From an uncultured Planctomycetia bacterium (GTDB taxonomy: Bacteria; Omnitrophota; Gorgyraeia; Gorgyraeales; Gorgyraeaceae), in NCBI GenBank assembly GCA_964415355.1, contig CAYPYS010000001.1, positions 215,399-279,398 on the forward strand: 64,000 nucleotides of DNA, read 5' to 3'. The position numbers and the translations under genes are program-made. A model generated the notes under the pieces. That model saw only the letters and a list, made by a program, of their open reading frames with translations. It was not told where the DNA came from and ran no database searches. This document shows, one piece after another, positions 52,301 through 61,300 of this stretch (positions within the stretch are counted from its first letter, which is position 1; each line of letters starts with the position of its first letter).

Positions 52301-55300
52301 TCAATGCAACAGGAATATTCAGCTTCACCCACAGCTTAGTGCCTATATCTATTGCAAAGGCAAGGCATACTGAAATAAACATTATTAGCTTATGGTTTGG
52401 TTTTTTCAGTCGCGGCAATAGACGGACAAGGAGGAGTGCAAGAACTATCAAGGAAATAACAAAAAGAATAGTGACTGTCGTTATATGTAAGTCTAGAGGC
52501 GGTGCGTTAGGCTCGACAAATGCAATGACAGATGGAGATACCTTCAGGCCGGGTAAAGGCGCTCCATAATAAGGGGTCGTGGTCATTTTCAGGATACCCT
52601 CATAAGGCATAGATTCGTATTGTTCCATAAGGGAAAAAACTTCTTTTCTGAAGAGAGTGGAAAAATGATTCCTATAGAAACAAAAGCTCATGAAAGCGAT
52701 GCTTAAAACCATGATGAGTATATACTGCCACCCTGCCTTTTTAAGTTTCTGGGCAAAAAGCTTCAAAGAGGAAAATACCTTTCGTAGAGTGTTTTCACGG
52801 GAATAAAATGTCTCTGATTCCAATACTACGAGTAAATCTCTTTCTTTCATCCAATTAAAAATAGCATCGACCATTTCTTCGCCCTGACCGTACTCCCAAC
52901 TAATATTACATACTTCTATTATTGCTTTAAGAGTACGATAGAGCTTGCTCTCCGTAATATTGTTTAACTTACAACGTATATAAGCCCAACTAAACTCCTG
53001 GTCAAAATAAGATGATGCTATGATCTTCAATGTTTCTATCTCTATCGGCAGCAATCCCTCTAACAGCTCATGAGGGTAAAGTGATATCTCTAAATCCGGA
53101 TCCGAAATGTATGTACTAGCAGCCTTTAATATTATAAAACGTCTTTTTATCTCCTCTCTCTTCCCGCCGCCTTGATAAGCAGGTATCTCATGTCCCAGAT
53201 TTTTAAGGATATTCACGATCTCAGGAATATAATAAGTTCTTAACCCCGCCAACATTTTATCCACATCTTCGGTTACATCTTCCCCTCGTGATTTTCTCCA
53301 GTCGATAAAAACTTGCGCAACTTCTTTTCTGTCTATAAACTTTCCTAATTGCCGTAACAAGAATATCAGCTTCTCACTAAATACTTCCGGCAATACTTCC
53401 GGTAATACTTCCGGCTCCTCAGGCTCTCTAATCTCAGAATATGCTATGAAGCTTGCAGGATCCAATGATAAAGGAATTTTTTGCCCATTTTTTATTGTAA
53501 CTAAACCTCGCGCTATAATGACCAGTTGTTGATATTGCTCTCTGGGCCTGGGATATTCTTTTGCTTTTGAAAAATGAGGATTTCTAAGCAAACGCTCGAT
53601 TATCAGTTCTATTTTTCTATTCGAGATTTTTCCAATGCAAGTGCTGTTAGAGCCGTCCAGTGCATTTATAATCTGATGAAATTCAAGGATCCCACTCGCC
53701 ATGACTTTTAAAACATCCAATTGTTTAAAATCTATATTATGTTCCATCATTATTCTTAACTGAGGCGATATCTCCAGATATGGCATATAAAGCATTCTGA
53801 CGATCTCCAATATAGCAAGGCGCATATCAAGGCCGCGGCGGCTATCTCTAAGTCTGAAGATCTCGCCTTCCATCTGTCCTGATTCCTTTAGTTGTTCTAG
53901 CAAAGATCCTTTTAATTGGCTAATAGAATTTCTAATGGCACTTATTGTGCTAATAATTAAGAGGCGATCGATTTCTTCTGGTTTTTGTACTCTTATGCCA
54001 TCTGACCTCTGCTGCCATCGAATATATGAAATTGCAATTTCTGCTAAATTCTTTTGTTCTGCAAATTCTCTAATTAGAAATATCAGGCTATCTGAAAAAG
54101 GAATGCTTTCGCGCTCTAGCAGCATAGCAGAGTCTACGCCTTCTATCTTTCCGGCTTCTATAGCTGCTAGAACAGTTTCTTTGTGCACTCTACGAACTTC
54201 TGATGCCTCTAACGACCGCGGAGGAGGCACTTCCATCTTACGCCTTGCAGAATTATAGCAAACACGTACATTATTTTCACTTGTGCCCAATTTATGGGCA
54301 ATCTCCTTAGGCGACAATGCTTTAGCCAAAAGCTCTAATACTTCTTTTTCCCTAGGAGTCAGCCAATGAGTTTCTTTGCTTCTAGTATACTTAAAGAAAA
54401 AACCAAAACCTGATTTAAAAACGCGAATTCCAAATAATATAATAGAAAAAATTAAAATTGCAAGCAAACCCATAGTAAACCAAACTTCCGCGTTGTCAAA
54501 AAGTGCGAATTTAAAACTGCCTGATAATGCTGCAACCGGCGTAAGGACTAAACCATTTATATAACCTCTTCCATTATTGCTTCGTCTTGAGCTTCTGCTC
54601 TTCTCTTTTTCTGAAAGAGCCGAAAAGCCTTCTTTTTTCAGACGTGGCAAATATGCCAGAATATCAAAGAGAGCTATCATCTGTCCACACACCATGCCAA
54701 TAAAATCTAACGGATCCCTGATTGTTCCGAAAAACTGTGTCAGAAAATCCTCTGGCCTAAGAAATTCTACCCAGTAGAAAAACGCCATAAACCCAAAGAA
54801 TAAAGTGATGAATCCTAAGGAAGCTAACCATGGCAAACGCCAGCGTAGCGAAAGGCTACGTAAAACTAAATATCCTATCAAAAAAGAAGGACCAGTCCTG
54901 GCAATAGCAAGTCCATAGTGATTCAGCCAACCATATATTGGATAATAATGGATGATCGACCTTTCTTTACCCAAAACTTGTATAAAATCACCAAGATGGC
55001 CGATTGCAAATCCTAGAAAAAGGCATATAAACGAATAATATAAAACAGACATATTGTTGCTGAATTTATTCACTGTGTATCTAGCTGTCTTTGCGTATAT
55101 ATAAGTAGTAAATCCAGCACCTGATGCTGTGCCTGCCAATATCCATGCAATCTGTTCTAATCCTGGGTTGCCGAGTTGTACCTGCCAAAAAGCAAGGCCA
55201 GCAAAACCAGCTATAAGAAGCGCATCGACTATGCCGACTATGATCGTTACAAGGCGGGATTTCTTTGAGAGGTGTAACAAAAGAAGGCCAAGGCCTACTA

Positions 55301-58300
55301 CTGCGGCTATTAAGAAGAAGAATCCGAGTAATATGACTATATCCGGCGGGCCATGCTGCCATAGAGAATAACGCAATATCTTCTGGATGCTGGATATGTC
55401 ATTGCGAGCAATGACAGGCTGGGATAAGAAACCTGTAGCTGGAGCAAGAAAGAGAGGCGCGACATTGGAAAACATATTCTTATTTCTTTCTTTTTTAAAT
55501 CTCCTTCTATCTCGACGCAGAGATATTTCTAAAAATATTCTGTAACCGATGATTACAGGTATGAACAAAAACAATATGTCGAATATGTTAAAGAAAAAAT
55601 ACGGCGTGCCGCCGTTGTTCATGTATACAAAATAAACAAATTGTGCAAATATCTGGCCGGAGGGCAAAAATACCATAACCTGACTATAGATAATGCCTAT
55701 TGCGAACGGCAGTGCTATTTTATAGAGCATGAATAGTCTATTTATCCTTCGATCTCTTTCGATTGTATCTTTATATATATGCATTTTAGTGACTTTTACT
55801 ATAATATATAATGCGATGCAAAATTTTAATGGCATAAAATCATTTTTGTTATAGAAATGAACTAAATGCAGGCCTTTTATATTTAACGGAAACGGAATAG
55901 ATCCACTCATAAAATACCGGTCTATGCCTATAAGAACAAGCGTCATAATAACGATCTTTGCAAGGGTCAGCATAGATGATCTATTGGTTATATAATCCTT
56001 TATTTTTTCCCAAGATGTGGATCTACTAAATGCACTTTCAGCTTCAGCAAGGATTGAAGGATCAAGGCGCCTGGTCCCGGGCACAGGCCATTCGTATTTC
56101 TGATGATAGATCAACCTGTCATTTCCATCGCGTCTCTCTATCACTAAACATCCTGGCTCGCCACGCACGTCGATTCTATTTCCTCTCGCAGTTACTAAAG
56201 TAACTCCATCGACTATGCTGCCTATTACTCTCTTTTCTGCTACTTCCAGGCCTTCGGCATTTATTGTCTGGTTTGCGCCTATGAATAGATCCTTTTCCAT
56301 GCTAACAATTTCTTCTTTCGGGAGAATTTCTATAAATAAATCGTAAAAACGCGGCCTTAATAAAAATCCTTCTCTTGAGCGCTCAGTAGCGATATCAAAG
56401 ATCTTTATGCGGCTATTCTTGCCTTCGGGTATATAGATCGGGGCTTCGCAAGTCTCAAACCTTGCTCTATTATCATATTTCATCCTGTATTGAGCTGTCA
56501 TTTGTAATTCCTCTGCTTCAGCATGATTTTTCATTCTGCTATAACGATCGAGTCGCACGATCAAAAACTCTTGTTTTTCTGACTCAAAAACTACTGTACC
56601 GAATCCCTCCGGTAAAACGCAATAACCTAACGGAATATTCCCTGAATTATTCGGTAACCTGGGTTTCCATCCAGGCATAATAAGCTTTAAGATCCTCCGC
56701 GCCTCTAAAGCGGCCTGAAAAGTTTCCTCTCTCGTAAGTGCAGCTTTAAGCCTATTCCTTACTTCATCAATTGCCTCCCGGTCATTACCTAGCCATTTGC
56801 TTGCTGCATAAAGGATATCCCGGTCAAGCGCGCCTATTAATTTAAATGAAACATTGCTATCAAAAGTATACGCTATTAGATCTTGAAGAGCCGGGCTGTC
56901 TAACAATAGCTCCACTGCTGAGATTTCTCCTGGCTCATTTGCTGGATGCCACTCGTCGCCTATATAATAACCATCTGGCTTGCCCTCAATAACCAGGCTT
57001 TGTCCGTTGGAATAAAGCGTAACGTTAATAATGCCGCGGCCTATACGCACTCGCTCGCCTATCGCAAAAGGAAGCCCATTGCGCGCCAATCTCCATCCAT
57101 TACCAAAAGATAAGCTCTTAGGAGTCTCATATAAATGTACCTCTTTATCAGCAAAGAATTCACTAAGAACAGGGAAATCACCTGAGCAGGCCATTTTGAA
57201 CAAAGGAATGCATCTGGTCCCGGCGTTAGGATGCAATATCCCATCTGTCATGTGGGCAAAACCTTGCTCTGTAAAAGTCAATTCATAAGACTGCTGCGTA
57301 TCTGTACGGTAAAAGATTAAATCCCTGCCTGTCCAGCTTTTGAATATGCGTATATGATACCTATGGTAACTGCCTAAATAAATATCTGCATCTTTTAAGG
57401 TAATTTCCCCTGAAGAATGGTAACTTTGCTCGATCCACCAATCAGCCAAAGGAGTATCTACCGCCCAAGAAACCGGCTTTAACCTGTCCTCTGATTCATA
57501 TCCTGACAAATTATAGCCAACCGAAAAAACGCCTGCCTCTATTGACCAGCGGTTTATCATTAATATATCAACATTCTTCCTGCCACTGTTAATTATAATA
57601 ATATCCAGCATATTAGGCGTAACTGCTATATTTACATTTGTTATGTCACTAGGTGTCCTTAGGCTTACAGATCTACCGCCCAAAGAGGTATCCAAGTTAA
57701 TATCTTTCCCTCTTTCTAACCTTAAGATATAAGGACCTTTGTTTCCTCTCAAGTTTTTATCCGTAACCTCCAGTTCATTTAAAATCGATTGGCTCATTAC
57801 ATCTTCATCGAAACAACCATCTTCGATTATCAGAGAGGCAATCCCGCCCGTGTCTCTATCAAGGATGATTATAAGTTCTTTGTTATTCTGCCTTCCTCTA
57901 AGAATCTGAAGATTACGGCCCTCTAAGCATATTTTTCTGTCAGGTTGCTCCCAGATAATCTCTTCACCTAAAAGCTGATGGGCTAATATGGGATATTCCG
58001 CCTCCACACTAGTTGCTAGACATGCATTCGAGGCCATCAGGAGCTCAGGCGTCTCTTCAATGGCGCGACTAAAATCTATAGCAAACGGGATATACTGAGA
58101 ATAAGCAAGGCTTGCTTCTAATAAACGCTCTATGATTTCCTCGCTCGCATATGTAGCTGTCATATCCATAGCGATATGATCCGTCCAGCCAGCCATCATC
58201 AAAAGTTTCATGCGTCTGGCCAAAGCATATACTATTTCTTTTAATCGATCCTCACTTACTACAAGCCCTCGAAGCGCATTAGGTAGGCATCTTGAAACAG

Positions 58301-61300
58301 CCATATGCAACCGATCATCTTCTATCAAATCCCTGCCATCGCCGTTCCAGAATGCAAGCACCAGCTGGAATTTATCGCGCACTGCTTTTATCTCTTCTAA
58401 AGATATTTTGTCTCTATTTCTAGCGTGTATTCTTCTATCTATTGCTTCTACATCGCTTCTTCTATGATCCTCACCTAACATATAAATAAATATTCTCATT
58501 TCATGTGGAGTCAAAAGCTCTTCGAGACATTGTACGAATAGTTCGCCATCTTGTTTAGCAATAAGAATTTCTTCTGTGGGTCGATGACGAGGCGCGCCAA
58601 GCCATTCATGCGAATCTCCATCGCTCTCGTATACAGAAGGCGCATCAAGAGAAAAATACTGCCCCAGACTTATCACAGCTAGGGCCTGTTTCCAATCTTC
58701 TGCCTGCAACGTAAGGCTTTCCAGTTCTTGTAGTATTTCTTCATAAGCAGCATCAGGGCCTAATCTAAAAATAGCGTCTCTTAATATACCTAATACATGT
58801 CTGCCTCTTTCCCTGAAAGGGCAACGTTGAGGCTCGATAAACATACCTTCTCGGAACAAAACATAACCCACGATCGGCAATAAGCCGCCTTCTCTCCCTG
58901 CCAATATCTGCACGCCTCTTATCCCCCCGGAAAATTCTATAGGTTCTATTATTACTTCGTTACCAGCCAATTCAGTACTCACATGAACTTTTATAGCTCT
59001 GCCGTTTATCTTATATAGGTATATCGTTCCATCCGCGCCAACCCTTTTGGTTTTTCTGGTAGGGGCTTTATCGCCATTGATCTGAAACAGCACAAATTCA
59101 GACTGCCATTTGCTTTTTACCTGGATATTAAGGCCTTTATGTTCAATATAAGTTACGAAAGGTGTATTTCTATGCTCTTCTCTTTCATAAATACGAACGC
59201 TTTGTCTTATCTTATTTGCATCTATTTCCTCATTCATCAGAGTATCTTTATCATAAAAGCAAAAATCCTTGAGAGGAAAAACTGGCTCATCATGCTCATC
59301 TACTACCCAGTAACGCAAGAAATGCTGCATTTTACCTCCGACTCGCAGGACAAATGGCTCTTCATATGCCCTTTCAAGCCCATTATGTACGTGGAGATTA
59401 AGACGTCTGCCTTTAAAACCAGGCAACTCTCTTTCACCTGCAATTAAATCTACAGGCTGACTTTTCGGCATGGCCTTTCCTGTTAAGAACCAATATATCA
59501 ATTGATAATCTCTCATTGCCAATGGCCCTTTGAGCCCATCAGCCACAAATGGAATCTTTTCATTCCTCATATTAAATCGCCTGCGGCTCGCTCTCGCTTC
59601 TCCAGCAGTTAAAAACCTATCATTAGAATAAAGGACATAGCTGACAAAAGGAAATTCAGTCTCTGTGCCTTCTTCTCTGACCCAGTATATTACCCCTCGC
59701 TCGCCGTTTCCAAAGTCTGCTGCCTGACGATATGTATCTGGTAAAGACGGGTGGATAGGACACTGCACGCGAGTTCCGCTTAAAGTATATAAATACTCTT
59801 CACCGTCTCTATAAAATTTGGTTACTTCCTGTTTTCCAATAGGCCTATCTTCTCCTGTTTCAACAAAATATGATAATTCTGCTATATCCTTTCGGCTGCT
59901 ACTAAACCGCGGCCTTGCCTCAGCAACTGATTCTCCGGTCCCATCCATCACGATGCATGCGAACCAGGCTGCCTGCAAGGCAAACTGGCTCAAAAAACGC
60001 AATGATACATAGTTATAAACTTTCAGTAAAATAATCACAAAAATAATACCTAATATTATACGAATGACGAGATCTCTGGTGGTATTTGCGTGGGCTATCA
60101 GTATATCTTCTGCTTCGTAACCTGCTTTTTTAAGTTTATCTGCCGCTCTATCTTTTATCTGCTTCATCTCTATTAAGCCAGATATGCTTTTGACTATAAG
60201 ACGCACAGCTAAAATTAGAAATATTGCAGAAGCTATAGATATAAGCAGGAAGAATCCGAGCAAGACTACTATATCCGGCGGGCCATTCTGCCAGATAGAG
60301 TGATGGAGGAAGTCCTGGATATTAAGCTGAGCAAAGATGTCATTGCGAACAAGCGCATCCTTTGTCATTGCGAAACCAAAAGCAGAAGCAATACCAGCTC
60401 TCATCACAGTGCTCTTTGGAAATTCCAAAGCCTGCCTGAGTTCACTAAACTTATCACCTATAGCAACAACTATATGGTCACCTGCTTTGATATGATTCAG
60501 ACGCCTCTTTAAGCATGCTCTTACTCCGGTCTCTCTTATAAAACCCCAATCTCGTGCTAACTCTTCTAGGGTTCTATCTCTTTTCTGCGCGGCATGCGCT
60601 TCTTCTATTGCCCAGTCTAATATTGCCAGTGGCACAGCATGCATCCACTCATCCAAAAGGCCGCAGACTCCTTCAGGAAGTTCGTCAGAATCCTCAAGCG
60701 CTTCTCTTTCTTTTATGAATTCTTCTCTTATAAGTTCATACCAGTCCAGCCATTCACAAAATAATACTGTGTCTTCTTTGATTTCAGAAAGCATTTGAAC
60801 TTTATAGGGATCTTCCATTTGGTCAACCACTCTAAATAAAACCCGCAATATAAGACGCGTTCTTGTATCAACTTCTATGAGTCCCCATTCTACGGCTCGA
60901 TTCACAGTCCTGAGGCGTTCTACGAGAGCTTTAATGCGATCCAAGCGCTTGGTTATACGAGATAGACCTAAAGCTTCTCTAATATCGTTGTATGCTTGGC
61001 TAACAAATTTATGAGAAGAATAAGAAAGCCCCTCAGCTATTTCGTTATTCGTCAATCCTAGAATTATAAAAGTCAATATCTTATCTTGTGCACAAGTAAT
61101 ACGCGGAGTCTCTATAAGTTCTACAAGCGGCGTAGTGTCAACTTTTGGAATACGTTTTAGCTTTATAGCTATATTCACGGCCTTAAGGCGTTCTTCTAGA
61201 TCGGTAATGTAATCTGGGCGTTCTGTTATACGAGACAGACCTAATCGCTCTCTGGCATCGTTGTAGAATTCACTGACAGTTTTTTCAGAAATACCAAATC

